From an uncultured Nitrospiraceae bacterium (GTDB lineage: Bacteria > Nitrospirota > Thermodesulfovibrionia > Thermodesulfovibrionales > Dissulfurispiraceae), in the NCBI GenBank assembly GCA_963727805.1, contig CAVSHF010000003.1, positions 160,001-224,000 of the forward strand: a stretch of 64,000 nucleotides of DNA. The letters run 5' to 3'. The notes below the pieces were generated by a model. It did no database searches. It saw only the letters and a program-made list of their open reading frames with translations, and was not told where the DNA came from. The translations under genes and the position numbers were made by a program. Shown here piece after piece: positions 52,651-63,134 of the stretch (positions are counted from its first letter, which is position 1; every line of letters starts with the position of its first letter).

Positions 52651-53127
52651 CTAGTGTTTTATCCTGAACTTTAGGAGCTTTCGCATATGGGCCAACTCTT
52701 CTTTAATGACCTTCTCGATTGCTTTTTCGCGGTCAAAAGATGTCATATCCTTCAGCTCCGAAAAAAACACTACCGAATCTTTCTCAAAAGCAAGGGCCAT
52801 ATCAAGGACGTCTTCAAAGGACTTCAGTGTCTCCAGACGGCTTCTGATCGTATTCCGGTTAGCCAGTGAATGGGAAGCGCAGAAATCCTTCATATAGGCA
52901 CTAAATTCACCTGCATAGCTTTCCTCAGCCTCAAAGGTGTCAGCTGACTTCGCCATATCTATGAAGAGCTTCTCATGTTTAGCCTCTTCCTGTGCTAGGT
53001 ATTTGAAAAGGTCGACGATTTTCGGATCACCGAATTTTTTTGATGCCTCGGTATAAAACTCAAACCCGTTCTGCTCAATATACACAGCAAAATCGAGAAC
53101 TTCTTTCACCTCAAACAAGAATCCCAT
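52651..53127 (-). CDS. Ferritin-like (rubrerythrin-family) di-iron protein
   Basis: E..G.EFY, EEAKH, EKDSVVFF, EELAH. Confidence 0.88.
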   Translation of the reverse strand: MGFLFEVKEVLDFAVYIEQNGFEFYTEASKKFGDPKIVDLFKYLAQEEAKHEKLFIDMAKSADTFEAEESYAGEFSAYMKDFCASHSLANRNTIRSRLETLKSFEDVLDMALAFEKDSVVFFSELKDMTSFDREKAIEKVIKEELAHMRKLLKFRIKH

Positions 53128-53464
53128 AGTATCACCCCTTTAGAATTATATAAAAAACTTTTGCTGCATTACATTTCATCAAATTATAATAGAAGAGCCA
53201 TTCTAACGCAACAACGCAACCTTGTCATAACTGCACGATCATCTTTTTGTTGTACATAGTATATAACAGTGCTCCGCTATTTCATAGTTTGATAAAACAA
53301 ACATATCATGCAATACAGGGCGTCAAGTGAGCCATAACTATAAGAGGGTCGATAATTTCTCCATATCCAAGATCTTTAATTATAATGTTGTCACGAAACG
53401 AAGGGTGGACATAAAACTACGATTAAGAAAAATATAAATTTCTGTTGACCTTTTTTTCTTTCTA

Positions 53465-53480
53465 TGTCAGAATTATGACA
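53465..53480. promoter_or_regulatory. GTCA-N6-TGAC palindrome at the start of the activator gene
   Basis: TGTCAGAATTATGACA. Confidence 0.55.
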
Positions 53481-54487
53481 TGGGCAACGACCAACCTCCA
53501 TGTCACCCTAAAGTCCCACCAATAATCGGTGCTTCGTCTATCATTAAACGTATTTATAATTTAATTTCAAAAGTTTCCCAATCGAACAGTACCGTTCTTG
53601 TGCTTGGGGAAAGCGGCACCGGCAAAGAGTTGGTTGCTAAAACAATCCACTACTACAGCAATCGGGCGGAGAAACCTTTTGTACCCGTCAATTGCGGTGC
53701 TATCCCTGCTGAGTTGCTTGAATCGGAACTCTTCGGTCACGAAAAGGGCGCCTTCACGGGCGCCATAGCATCAAGGGTCGGCAGATTCGAGCTTGCAGAC
53801 GGCGGTACGGTTTTCCTTGATGAGATAGGCGAGATGTCATCTATGCTCCAAGTGAAACTCCTCAGAGTGCTTCAGGAGAGGTCCTTTGAGAGGATCGGTG
53901 GAAGTAAGACAGTCAATGTCGATGTGAGGGTGATTTCGGCGACGAACCAGAATCTCGAAGAAGCAGTGAAGACGGGCAGATTCAGGGAAGACCTTTATTA
54001 CCGGATCAATGTCATACCCATCGAAATCCCGCCCCTGCGCGACAGGACAGAAGATCTGCCGCTGCTTTGCGATTTTTTCATGGAAAAGCATGCGAACCGT
54101 TTCCAGAGGAAGCCACTCAGGATTTCGGATGAAGCACTGAAGACGTTCATGAGCTATGACTGGCCAGGCAATGTGAGGGAACTCGAAAATACTCTCGAAA
54201 GACTGCTTGTGCTCAAGGATGACGACGTAGTCACCCCTTATGACCTTGCTGAAAAGATGACGGGCAAAAGGCTTCCCGATCTTCCTGCAATCGATGGTAT
54301 TGAAGATGATCCTGACGCTAATCCTTTTGTCCAGGGTATCGACCTCAATGCGGCGTTGATCGAATACGAAAAAAGGCTTCTGCTGCATGCCCTGCAGCTT
54401 CATGGGAGCGTAAAAAGCCAGGCTGCAAAATATCTCAATATCAACCGTACTACGCTCATCGAGAAGATGAAGAGGCTTGGCCTGTAG
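53480..54487 (+). CDS. Sigma54 enhancer-binding protein without a sensory domain (FleQ/FlrA-like by context)
   Basis: [28 protein letters not shown], Fis HTH ending [11 protein letters not shown]. Confidence 0.9.
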   Translation: MGNDQPPCHPKVPPIIGASSIIKRIYNLISKVSQSNSTVLVLGESGTGKELVAKTIHYYSNRAEKPFVPVNCGAIPAELLESELFGHEKGAFTGAIASRVGRFELADGGTVFLDEIGEMSSMLQVKLLRVLQERSFERIGGSKTVNVDVRVISATNQNLEEAVKTGRFREDLYYRINVIPIEIPPLRDRTEDLPLLCDFFMEKHANRFQRKPLRISDEALKTFMSYDWPGNVRELENTLERLLVLKDDDVVTPYDLAEKMTGKRLPDLPAIDGIEDDPDANPFVQGIDLNAALIEYEKRLLLHALQLHGSVKSQAAKYLNINRTTLIEKMKRLGL

Positions 54488-54520
54488 TTTGAGATCATGC
54501 GCACGATGTCCCATCACTCC

Positions 54521-54536
54521 AGTCATGAAATTGACT
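54521..54536. promoter_or_regulatory. FleQ-box-like palindrome (putative enhancer)
   Basis: AGTCATGAAATTGACT, ~75 bp upstream of a sigma54-like site. Confidence 0.6.
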
Positions 54537-54610
54537 AAAACACCCTTTCCGTTCTTGCCCTCGAACGCTCTATTATGGAAAAACCCATAATATCAGTGAG
54601 TTATAGATAG

Positions 54611-54626
54611 TGGCATATTTTTTTCA
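54611..54626 (+). promoter_or_regulatory. Sigma54-like promoter (variant -12)
   Basis: TGGCAT-ATTTT-TTTCA. Confidence 0.45.
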
Positions 54627-54650
54627 ATACATATTAAAAACGGTAGTGCG

Positions 54651-56297
54651 TTGTGGAGGACCTGTGTGAAAAAGGGGCTCTCTGTCGTTCTTTTTTTATC
54701 GATTTTATTTTCATTTGCCGGTAGAGTCTTGTCGGCTCCAGGTGATGCATTATTTACCGCCGACGCAACATTGACTGCGAAACAATATCAGCAGGCTAAG
54801 GAACTCTATCGCGGGGTCTTCCTGAATTACAAGGAAGGGCCTGAAGCAGCCCGCGCGCTGCTTGGTATTGCAAAGGCCGACTATCAACTGAAAAATTATT
54901 ACGAGTCGGGTATCAACCTGAAACGCTTTTTTAAATTATATCCAACGTCTCCATTGGCCGATGAAGCCCATCTGATCTGGGGATTGGACCTACTGAATAT
55001 TCAGAAATACAAGGAGGCCGAAGAACAACTCGACGGGGTGAAAGGTGCTTTGCTGGAGAAGGCTGATATTGCAAAGTCAGAGTTGGCGCTTATCCGTGGA
55101 GAAACCGAGAAGGCGGAACAGCTTCTTTCTAAAATCGATCGGAAAACGTATGAAGAAAATAACAGGGTGCTGTATCTGAGGGCCATGGTCCTCAGCAGGC
55201 AGGGAAAGCATGAGACGGCCATACAGACAATAAACAGAATATCCGATCAGGCCTTAAAAGAAGAGAACATCGCAGTAAGCAAGGCGATTATTTATTACAA
55301 CGCTCGAAGGTACATTGATGCCAAAGACATGCTTAGTGCCATCGTGAAAGCACCTTCATCACGAATAGAGGCGATACAGGCCAAAAGAACCCTTTTTCAG
55401 ATTTATGATGTCGAAAATAATCAGGACGAGGCTCTCAAGTTGGCAATCGATCTCATGAATTATGAATCAACCGACGAGCTGAAAATGAAGATAGTGTCGA
55501 TCTACGAGAAGAAGGGAGACCTCGACAGCTCTTTTCGCTATCTCACTTATCTCAGGGACAAAAAGACGCTCTCAGAAGAGATCGAAAAAAGGTTTAAGAA
55601 ACTCATCGAAGAAAAAAATCCTAAGGCCAACGAGTATGTGCTGAACTATTTTATTTATCTCGGTCCAGACAGCCCCTACACCATAGAACTCGCACGATAT
55701 CTGCAGGAGAAGGGCAGCCAGGAACAAGCGAAACGACTTCTCCAAAAAGCTACACGAGGGAAAAATGGCGCCGAGGCTTCGGTTGCCCTGACTGAGATGC
55801 TCATAGTTGATAAGAAATTTTCAGAAGCCAAAAAAGTGGTTACTCCCATAACGACCGATACTAAATATTCCGGGCAGGCCTCTTTCCTCCTGGCTCAATT
55901 GCTCGAAAGAGAGGGGAACCTCAAAGAGGCGGCGGAATATCGAGCGAGGGCAATTAAAGCTCTGGAATCACAGAAGGATTATTCCCGGGTGGGAGATCTT
56001 TATCTTCGATCTGGCAAAAATGCGGAGGCACTCAAGAATTATCTTCGGGCTGCTGATAAGAGTGATACAGTTTCGATGGTCAAGGCGGCCGATATATATT
56101 ATCTTTCAGGTAAACACGAGAAGGCAAAGGCATATTACAAAAAGGCGCTTGATAGCGGTATAAAAGACCCCGGGAGCCGCCAATGGGCTGATTACCAGTA
56201 TGGCAAGCTAGCGAAGGATAACGAGTATATGAAAAAGGCGAAGGAAGGGGGCGGGACGGTAGCTGAAGCTGCCGACCTGATGAGCACCGGAAATTAA
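54651..56297 (+). CDS. Exported tetratricopeptide-repeat protein
   Basis: Signal peptide; repeated TPR-like helices. Confidence 0.85.
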   Translation: MWRTCVKKGLSVVLFLSILFSFAGRVLSAPGDALFTADATLTAKQYQQAKELYRGVFLNYKEGPEAARALLGIAKADYQLKNYYESGINLKRFFKLYPTSPLADEAHLIWGLDLLNIQKYKEAEEQLDGVKGALLEKADIAKSELALIRGETEKAEQLLSKIDRKTYEENNRVLYLRAMVLSRQGKHETAIQTINRISDQALKEENIAVSKAIIYYNARRYIDAKDMLSAIVKAPSSRIEAIQAKRTLFQIYDVENNQDEALKLAIDLMNYESTDELKMKIVSIYEKKGDLDSSFRYLTYLRDKKTLSEEIEKRFKKLIEEKNPKANEYVLNYFIYLGPDSPYTIELARYLQEKGSQEQAKRLLQKATRGKNGAEASVALTEMLIVDKKFSEAKKVVTPITTDTKYSGQASFLLAQLLEREGNLKEAAEYRARAIKALESQKDYSRVGDLYLRSGKNAEALKNYLRAADKSDTVSMVKAADIYYLSGKHEKAKAYYKKALDSGIKDPGSRQWADYQYGKLAKDNEYMKKAKEGGGTVAEAADLMSTGN

Positions 56298-56319
56298 AGG
56301 TCAGGGACAAAGACCGGTT

Positions 56320-57450
56320 ATGGAAAAGAACGATCAGGACATAGGACTTTTAACGAAGGCGATCGAAAGCATCAATTCGGTCTCCTCAACACTCATGCAG
56401 TATTACCAAACCCTCGAAGATAAGGTCAAGGTGCTGACCGAAGAGGTAGAGCAGAAAAAGCAGCTCCTCGACAGTATTCTGGACAGCATCGATGTGGGGG
56501 TTATTTTTTTCGACAAAGATGGCGTCATCAGGCTTATGAATAACGCTGCAGAAGGCCTTCTCGGGACTGGTTCTGGTACAATAGTAGGAGGGACTTCCCT
56601 TCATGCCGAGATTAACGACGAGATGGTAATTCCTGAAAAAGGAAATCCTTTTCATGCCCTTGTTTCGAGTTCCGAGGTCAAGGGCGGGAGCGACGGTAAC
56701 ACGATTGGCAAAGTATTGATCTTCAAGGACATCACGAGGCTGAAGCGTCTCGAGGCTGAAAATGAGAGAAATCGCAGGCTCTCTGCGATGGGTGAGCTCG
56801 TCATGAAAATAGCCCACGAAATACGCAACCCACTGGGGAGCATCGAACTCTTTGCGGATCTCCTTGCGACCGATCTTAAAGGGACCGACCAGGTCGATTA
56901 TGCCCGGCGCATATCGAATTCCGTGCGCTCTCTGGTCAACACCTTGGACAACATGCTCAGATTTTCAGGGGAGATCAGGCCTAAGATGGAATTCAGTTGC
57001 GTTAACGAGATCGTCAGGGACACCTGCGACGAATTTAGAGAGGTTCTTGCAAGTGGGGGGATTGAGCTCGATCTTATCGATGATGTCAAATATTCACTGT
57101 ATCTTGACAAAGGACTTATTCGTCAGGCCTTGATAAATATTCTTTTGAATTCTGTCCATTCCATGCCAGAAGGTGGTACTATGCGGGTAAGTATTGTGCA
57201 AGAAAAAGGTTCAGACGATGTCCAGATAAGCATCAGGGACTGCGGCTCCGGTATGGATGAAGAGACGCGGGTTAGGCTGTTTGAACCCTTTTTTTCCACA
57301 AAGGATAGAGGAACCGGCCTTGGCATGTCCATAACCCTTGGCATTATCACTGCGCACAAAGGACGTATAAACGTGGACAGTTTCCCTGGAAAGGGGACTG
57401 AATTCATTATTTTGCTTCCACTCGAAAAACGAGTCGAAAAAAGAACATGA
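56320..57450 (+). CDS. PAS sensor histidine kinase (FleS/FlrB-like)
   Basis: AHEIRNPL, NILLNS, DCGSGM, FEPFFSTK, GTGLG. Confidence 0.92.
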   Translation: MEKNDQDIGLLTKAIESINSVSSTLMQYYQTLEDKVKVLTEEVEQKKQLLDSILDSIDVGVIFFDKDGVIRLMNNAAEGLLGTGSGTIVGGTSLHAEINDEMVIPEKGNPFHALVSSSEVKGGSDGNTIGKVLIFKDITRLKRLEAENERNRRLSAMGELVMKIAHEIRNPLGSIELFADLLATDLKGTDQVDYARRISNSVRSLVNTLDNMLRFSGEIRPKMEFSCVNEIVRDTCDEFREVLASGGIELDLIDDVKYSLYLDKGLIRQALINILLNSVHSMPEGGTMRVSIVQEKGSDDVQISIRDCGSGMDEETRVRLFEPFFSTKDRGTGLGMSITLGIITAHKGRINVDSFPGKGTEFIILLPLEKRVEKRT

Positions 57451-57463
57451 TAAAAAGGATAAT

Positions 57464-58768
57464 ATGAAATCGGTTTTGATTGTTGATGACGAGATCGACA
57501 TGGCAACGGCCTTGAAGGAGGCAATGAAGCGTTTCGGCTTCAATCCGACGGTCTATCATAATCCCGTTGAAGTCCTTGCTAAAGAAAATATTGCCGACTA
57601 TGCTCTAGTCATTACCGACATGAAGATGCCGAAGATGAATGGTATCGAGTTTCTGCAGGAGATACGCAAGAAGGGACTCTTCGTGCCTGTCATTGTCATT
57701 ACAGGATACGGAACGGTCGAAAGCGCGGTTGATGCGATGAAGCTTGGTGCGACCGATTACATTATGAAGCCGGTTTCTCTCGACTCGCTGAAAAGGATTA
57801 TCGACAGGATACTTCCCCTCGATGACAGCGATCTTGTCGCCGAGTCTCCGGTTATGAAAAACCTCATGTCGATTATAAGAGAGGTAGCGAAGAGCGACAT
57901 CACGGTGCTCCTCACCGGCGAGAGCGGCACGGGTAAGGAAATTATCGCGAGAACGTTGCATAAATATAGCAGTAGGAACCTAAAGTCTTTTGTAGCGGTC
58001 AACTGCGCCGCCATATCGGAGAGTCTCCTCGAATCTGAGTTGTTTGGCCACGAAAAAGGATCATTCACCGGCGCCATCGAGAGGAGACTCGGGAAGTTTG
58101 AGCTTGCCAACGGCGGGACCTTACTTCTCGACGAAGTCAGCGAGATGGCGTACCCGCTTCAAGCGAAGCTCCTGAGGGCCATCCAGGAGCGCGAGATTGA
58201 CCGGATCGGGGGCAAGACCCCAGTCAAGCTTGATGTCAGGATCATCGCCACAACGAACAAGGACCTAATGGGTGAGGTGAAGAAGGGCAGTTTCAGGGAA
58301 GACCTCTATTACCGCCTGAATGTCTTTCCGGTGAGAATCCCTACGTTAAGAGAGAGGCCTGATGATATCATCCCTATGGCTGAGTTCTTTCTTCAGAGGC
58401 TATCGCAGAAGATGGGAAAAGTTTTCATCCTGTCGGACGATTTCAGGCAATATCTTCTCGGGAGGGAATGGGCAGGAAATGTGCGGGAGCTCGAAAATTT
58501 TATGTATAGGACTGCGGTAATATCGGCTTCTGATACGCTCATGCGACCTGACGAAAGCGGCATGTCAGTGGGCGGACAGGCCCTGCCGGCTCATGCGGCG
58601 AAGGGCGGTAGGATTAAGGACGTCGAAAGAGACCTGATCATAAAGACCCTCAAGGAGACTGGCAATAATAGGACAAAGGCCGCTGAGGTGCTGGGGGTAA
58701 GCGTCAGGACAATCAGAAACAAGCTTAAAGACTACAAAATAGCGGAAGATGAAATAAAAGGGACATAG
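57464..58768 (+). CDS. Sigma54-dependent response regulator (FleR/FlrC-like)
   Basis: REC + GESGTGKE + GSFTGA + HTH VRTIRNKL. Confidence 0.93.
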   Translation: MKSVLIVDDEIDMATALKEAMKRFGFNPTVYHNPVEVLAKENIADYALVITDMKMPKMNGIEFLQEIRKKGLFVPVIVITGYGTVESAVDAMKLGATDYIMKPVSLDSLKRIIDRILPLDDSDLVAESPVMKNLMSIIREVAKSDITVLLTGESGTGKEIIARTLHKYSSRNLKSFVAVNCAAISESLLESELFGHEKGSFTGAIERRLGKFELANGGTLLLDEVSEMAYPLQAKLLRAIQEREIDRIGGKTPVKLDVRIIATTNKDLMGEVKKGSFREDLYYRLNVFPVRIPTLRERPDDIIPMAEFFLQRLSQKMGKVFILSDDFRQYLLGREWAGNVRELENFMYRTAVISASDTLMRPDESGMSVGGQALPAHAAKGGRIKDVERDLIIKTLKETGNNRTKAAEVLGVSVRTIRNKLKDYKIAEDEIKGT

Positions 58769-58778
58769 TTGTAGACTT

Positions 58779-58794
58779 AGGTATACAACTTGCA
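58779..58794 (+). promoter_or_regulatory. Sigma54 promoter of the flgB operon
   Basis: AGGTATACAACTTGCA (GG-N10-GC). Confidence 0.65.
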
Positions 58795-58850
58795 TGAATA
58801 ATGGTGGAGAAGGAATCTTTTCCGACCCTTTTAAATTGCGGAGGAGCACA

Positions 58851-59192
58851 ATGCCGGACACTACATTTAAAATGCTTGAAAATATTATGGACGTTGCCTC
58901 TTTCAGGCAGAAGATACTGTCTTCCAACATTGCCAACGCCGATACTCCTGGGTACAAGGCCAGGGACGTTTCTTTTCAAACCGAGCTCAACAAAGCCCTA
59001 AGCGGGTCGATAGGGAGCTACGACGTTTATGAGACAGTACCCACGATGGTCAGCAGGGATGGCAACACGGTCAGTGCTGATTTGGAGATGACGAAGGTGG
59101 CTGAAAACCAGCTTCTTTATAATAGTGCCGCACAAATTTTAACTATGAAATTCAGGATGATGAAAGACGTTGCGAAAGCAGGAGGCCAATAA
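58851..59192 (+). CDS. flgB: Flagellar basal-body rod protein FlgB
   Basis: NIANADTPGYKARD, DGNTV; GAGGAG before ATG 58851. Confidence 0.95.
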   Translation: MPDTTFKMLENIMDVASFRQKILSSNIANADTPGYKARDVSFQTELNKALSGSIGSYDVYETVPTMVSRDGNTVSADLEMTKVAENQLLYNSAAQILTMKFRMMKDVAKAGGQ

Positions 59193-59599
59193 TGGATGAA
59201 ATGTTTCTCCCCCTCAAAGTGAGCGCTACGGCCCTAGAGGCGCAGAAAGTCAGGCTGAATGTTATCGCGTCTAACATTGCTAACGCCTCTTCGACGCAGA
59301 CACCTCAAGGCGGCCCATACCGGCGAAAGGATGTGTTCTTCAAGACGTATATGTATGATCAAAACTCAGCCGGGGTAGAAGTTCCCCGGATTGTCGAGGA
59401 CGAGAGCCCATTTAGAACGGTATTCGATCCGTCCCATCCCGATGCGGATAAAAACGGTAATGTCTCTTACCCGAATATCAATGTCCTGACGGAAATGGTC
59501 AATTTAATGACGGCGCAGAGGTCGTATGAGGCCAATCTGACCATGATAGCCTCTTATAAAGACATGTATATGAGGACACTCGATATCCTGAAAGTATAA
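59192..59599 (+). CDS. flgC: Flagellar basal-body rod protein FlgC
   Basis: NIANAS, GPYRRK, DPSHPDAD, RSYEAN. Confidence 0.96.
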   Translation: MDEMFLPLKVSATALEAQKVRLNVIASNIANASSTQTPQGGPYRRKDVFFKTYMYDQNSAGVEVPRIVEDESPFRTVFDPSHPDADKNGNVSYPNINVLTEMVNLMTAQRSYEANLTMIASYKDMYMRTLDILKV

Positions 59600-59670
59600 G
59601 AAGGGGCGCGGCTTGCCGTGTCCGTTAGTAAAGAAATAGAGCAAATCGTGGAGAGGCGCAGGAGGAAGCG

Positions 59671-59964
59671 ATGGATGAAATAAAAATCATAGGAGATGTC
59701 AGCCAAAGTATAGCCGACGTAAAACCGACGGGGAAAAAGCCGGGAGTTTCCTTCGAGGATGCGATCAAGGAAGCACTCAAGGATGTTTCACAGATCCAGA
59801 ATGATGCTGAGCAGGCCATCGCGGGTTTTGCGAATGGAGAGGTCAAGGATATACAGACCGTTGTAGTTGCTATGGAAAAGGCGGACCTGTCGCTCCAGAC
59901 GCTCCTGTCGGTGAGGAACAGGCTCATAAGCGCCTATCAACAGATTTCGAGCATGCAGGTGTAA
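59671..59964 (+). CDS. fliE: Flagellar hook-basal body protein FliE
   Basis: SF..A...V...Q, VRNRLISAYQQISSMQV. Confidence 0.93.
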   Translation: MDEIKIIGDVSQSIADVKPTGKKPGVSFEDAIKEALKDVSQIQNDAEQAIAGFANGEVKDIQTVVVAMEKADLSLQTLLSVRNRLISAYQQISSMQV

Positions 59965-59991
59965 TGCAAAATCTGAGCTGAAGGGGAGAGA

Positions 59992-61542
59992 ATGGCACTT
60001 AAAGATATTGTCGATCAATTTATAGCATGGCCGTTAAAGAACAAGTTAGCCCTTTTTTCGGTCATAGCCCTCTGCGTTGCGATCATCTCGGGAACGGTGA
60101 TGTGGAGCCAGAAAATCGACTATCAGGTCCTTTTCAGCAACATCACACAAGAAGATGCAGGGCAGGTAATAGCTAAGCTAAAGGAGATGAAAGTCCCGTA
60201 CCAGGTTGAAGGTAACGCGATCTCCGTTCCCTCCGAAAAAGTCTATGAACTCAGACTCGAACTTGCGTCACAGGGCATACCCCAGGGAGGGGGTATTGGT
60301 TTTGAGATTTTCGATAAAAATCAGTTCGGCGTCACCGAATTCGTCCAGAGGCTCAATTATGTAAGGGCACTCCAGGGAGAACTTGCTCGTACCGTCCGGC
60401 AGCTCTCTGAGGTTGACCAGGCACGGGTCCATATAGCAATTCCCGAAAGATCCATCTTTTCTGACAAGGAAGAAAAGCCTACCGCTTCGGTGGTCCTTAA
60501 GCTCAAGGCAGGCAGGGCGCTCAACCAGGGCCAGATTGGCGGTATCGTCCATCTTGTTGCAAGCAGTGTGGAAGGACTTCCTCCCCAGAACGTCACCGTG
60601 ATCGACAATATGGGCAATCTTCTTTCGAAACCTTCTGACGGCAGCGATATGGTCGCCGATGCGAAACAGCTGGAATACCAGAAGAGTGTTGACCACGATT
60701 ATGAATCAAAACTCCAGAGCATGCTCGAAGGCATTATCGGAAAGGGAAAGGCGATCGTCAGGGTTTCGACAAAGCTTGACTTCTCTAAGGTCGAGCGCAC
60801 TGAAGAGAAGTTCGATCCCGATACCACTGCAGTAAAGAGCGAAACCAGAAGCCAGGAAAAGAACGTTGGTTCTGCTCAGGGCGGCATCCCGGGCGTTGCA
60901 TCAAACCAACCGGGGCAGCAACCGGCATCCTCTACCGCTACTCCTTCGGCGTCACAGAAACAGACCGAAAGCATTAATTATGAAGTCAGTCGAGTGGTAA
61001 GCAAGATAGTTGAACCTCGCGGAGTTGTCAAGAGTGTTTCGGTTGCCGTGCTCGTTGACGGAACCTACCAAAAGGGTCAGGGTACGCAAAAAGGCACTTT
61101 TGTCGCCAGGAACGAGCAGGAGATGAAGAAGTACGACGATATCGTGAAGGCCGCCATCGGTTTTGACAAGAGCCGGGGGGATCAGGTGATCGTCGAGAAT
61201 GTGCCTTTCGAGACCGCCGCATTTGAGGAAGCAGGCGCCGAGAAAACAGACTACCTGAGATTCGCTCTCCCGTATGTGAAGTATATTGCTATGTTTGTAG
61301 TCGTTATGTTACTCGTTGTTTTTGTCATCAAGCCTTTACTGAAGACCCTTAGTGCCCCTATGACTTACAGAATGCAGGAAGGTTTACCGAGGCAGGGTAT
61401 GCCTGGAGCGCTGGGAGTCGGTCCGATGTCGATGCCGGGGCCGGTGACACCTGAAGAAGCATCAAAGGATAGGGCTCTTGGCATAGTTACGGGCAACCCG
61501 AAACAAGCTGCCAACGTCGTCAAGGAATGGCTGCAGGAATAG
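59992..61542 (+). CDS. fliF: Flagellar M-ring protein FliF
   Basis: GFEIFD, RALQGEL, ARVHI, PTASV, GGIPG. Confidence 0.96.
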   Translation: MALKDIVDQFIAWPLKNKLALFSVIALCVAIISGTVMWSQKIDYQVLFSNITQEDAGQVIAKLKEMKVPYQVEGNAISVPSEKVYELRLELASQGIPQGGGIGFEIFDKNQFGVTEFVQRLNYVRALQGELARTVRQLSEVDQARVHIAIPERSIFSDKEEKPTASVVLKLKAGRALNQGQIGGIVHLVASSVEGLPPQNVTVIDNMGNLLSKPSDGSDMVADAKQLEYQKSVDHDYESKLQSMLEGIIGKGKAIVRVSTKLDFSKVERTEEKFDPDTTAVKSETRSQEKNVGSAQGGIPGVASNQPGQQPASSTATPSASQKQTESINYEVSRVVSKIVEPRGVVKSVSVAVLVDGTYQKGQGTQKGTFVARNEQEMKKYDDIVKAAIGFDKSRGDQVIVENVPFETAAFEEAGAEKTDYLRFALPYVKYIAMFVVVMLLVVFVIKPLLKTLSAPMTYRMQEGLPRQGMPGALGVGPMSMPGPVTPEEASKDRALGIVTGNPKQAANVVKEWLQE

Positions 61543-61546
61543 ACGC

Positions 61547-62527
61547 ATGAGAAAGCTTTCAGGGGTTGAAAAAGCCGCCGCTTTTCTGTCGCTCATCGGC
61601 GAGGAGGCAGCAACTCAAATATTCAAGCACCTTGATCCGCTTGACCTGGCGCGTGTTATTCCTATGATGGCTAAGGTCAAAATCCCGCCCGAACTTGCTG
61701 ATGTGGTCCTGAAGGACTTCTGCGAAAAAACGGGCAGCGTGATGCGCGGGGTCGATGAAGAGTATATCAAGGATGTGCTCGTCAAGGCCTTTGGCCAAGA
61801 GTCGGCGAAAAAACTTATAGATAAGATCGAAAGCGGTGCAAGCGCCTTTGATGTGCTTAGGTGGCTTGATACGGGCGCCATTGCCAATATGCTCTCGCGG
61901 GAACATCCGCAGACGATCGCCATCATTCTTGCCCATCTAGAACCGACTCAGGCAGCGGAGGTAATGGGTAAGCTCCCCGAAAACCTTAAAATCGACGTCT
62001 CGCTGAGGATAGCGAGCCTTGACCAGATATCCCCAACAATCCTCAATGACCTCGAGGATGTTCTCCAATCGCAGCTCCAGAGTTATACGAGGGGCAAGAA
62101 GATCGGCGGCATCAGAACCGTTTCCGAGATACTGAACCAGATGGACAGGGCCTCGGAAGATTTGATCCTGAAGAATATCGAAGAGAAAGACCAGATACTA
62201 GCTGATGAAATAAGAAAGCTGATGTTCACCTTTGATGACCTCATTATGATCGAGGACAAGGGCATCCAGATGGTGCTCAAGGAGATCACAACCGACGATC
62301 TTTCCCTGGCCTTGAAGATGGCTGCCGACGAACTAAAGGCAAAAATCTTCAAGAATATGTCCCAGAGGGCAGTGCAGATACTCAAGGAAGAGATTGAGGC
62401 CAAGGGCGCAGTAAAGGTGTCGGATGTCGAAAAAGCCCAGATGAATATCGTAAGGGTGGCCCGAAGACTCGAAGAGGAAGGAAAGCTCGTAATAGGAGGA
62501 AAGGGTGGCGAAGAACTCATCGGCTGA
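61547..62527 (+). CDS. fliG: Flagellar motor switch protein FliG
   Basis: EKAA, EHPQTIA, MFTFDDL, NMSQRA. Confidence 0.96.
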   Translation: MRKLSGVEKAAAFLSLIGEEAATQIFKHLDPLDLARVIPMMAKVKIPPELADVVLKDFCEKTGSVMRGVDEEYIKDVLVKAFGQESAKKLIDKIESGASAFDVLRWLDTGAIANMLSREHPQTIAIILAHLEPTQAAEVMGKLPENLKIDVSLRIASLDQISPTILNDLEDVLQSQLQSYTRGKKIGGIRTVSEILNQMDRASEDLILKNIEEKDQILADEIRKLMFTFDDLIMIEDKGIQMVLKEITTDDLSLALKMAADELKAKIFKNMSQRAVQILKEEIEAKGAVKVSDVEKAQMNIVRVARRLEEEGKLVIGGKGGEELIG

Positions 62528-63134
62528 TCAAAAGAATAGCGAAAATATCCGTCGTTATATTCCTGCCCGATTCGATAAATCTTTTTCAGAATCAGATATG
62601 GGAGTCGAAGAAAAGCGCAAAGACGAACTCAGAAAATCCGAGTCCTCGGGTTTTGAAAAAGGCTATGCAGAAGGCCTCGCGCGCGGGATTAAAGAAGGGC
62701 AGAAAGAGGTCCGCGAGAGGCTCGGAAGACTCGAATCCGTGATCAGGGAGCTTCAAGGTGTAAAGGAACGAAAGATCGAGGAACTTCTCCCGGAGATCGT
62801 AGATCTGTCTCTCGATATTGCAAGAAAGATCATCCACAGGAAAATTGAGCAAGACCGTGAGATTATCGTCTCTGTCGTGCGCGAAGCAATACACAGACTG
62901 GGCAGGGAGGAAAAGATGATTATCAGGGTAAATCCCGCCGATTACGACACCATGATTTCGAATATGGAGATGCTCAGGGAAGAGACGAGACTCAGGGACG
63001 TCACCGTTGAGCCTTCAACATCAGTTTCTCCGGGAGGGTGCTCCATCGAGACGCCTTCGGGGGAAGTGGATGCTAGGATCGAAGAGCAGATGAGGGAAAT
63101 GCGCAATGCAATCACCACAGCACTTGATAGCTAA
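62505..63134 (+). CDS. fliH: Flagellar assembly protein FliH
   Basis: GxxxG repeats, RVNPAD, GGCSIET..GEVDA. Confidence 0.92.
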   Translation: MAKNSSADQKNSENIRRYIPARFDKSFSESDMGVEEKRKDELRKSESSGFEKGYAEGLARGIKEGQKEVRERLGRLESVIRELQGVKERKIEELLPEIVDLSLDIARKIIHRKIEQDREIIVSVVREAIHRLGREEKMIIRVNPADYDTMISNMEMLREETRLRDVTVEPSTSVSPGGCSIETPSGEVDARIEEQMREMRNAITTALDS

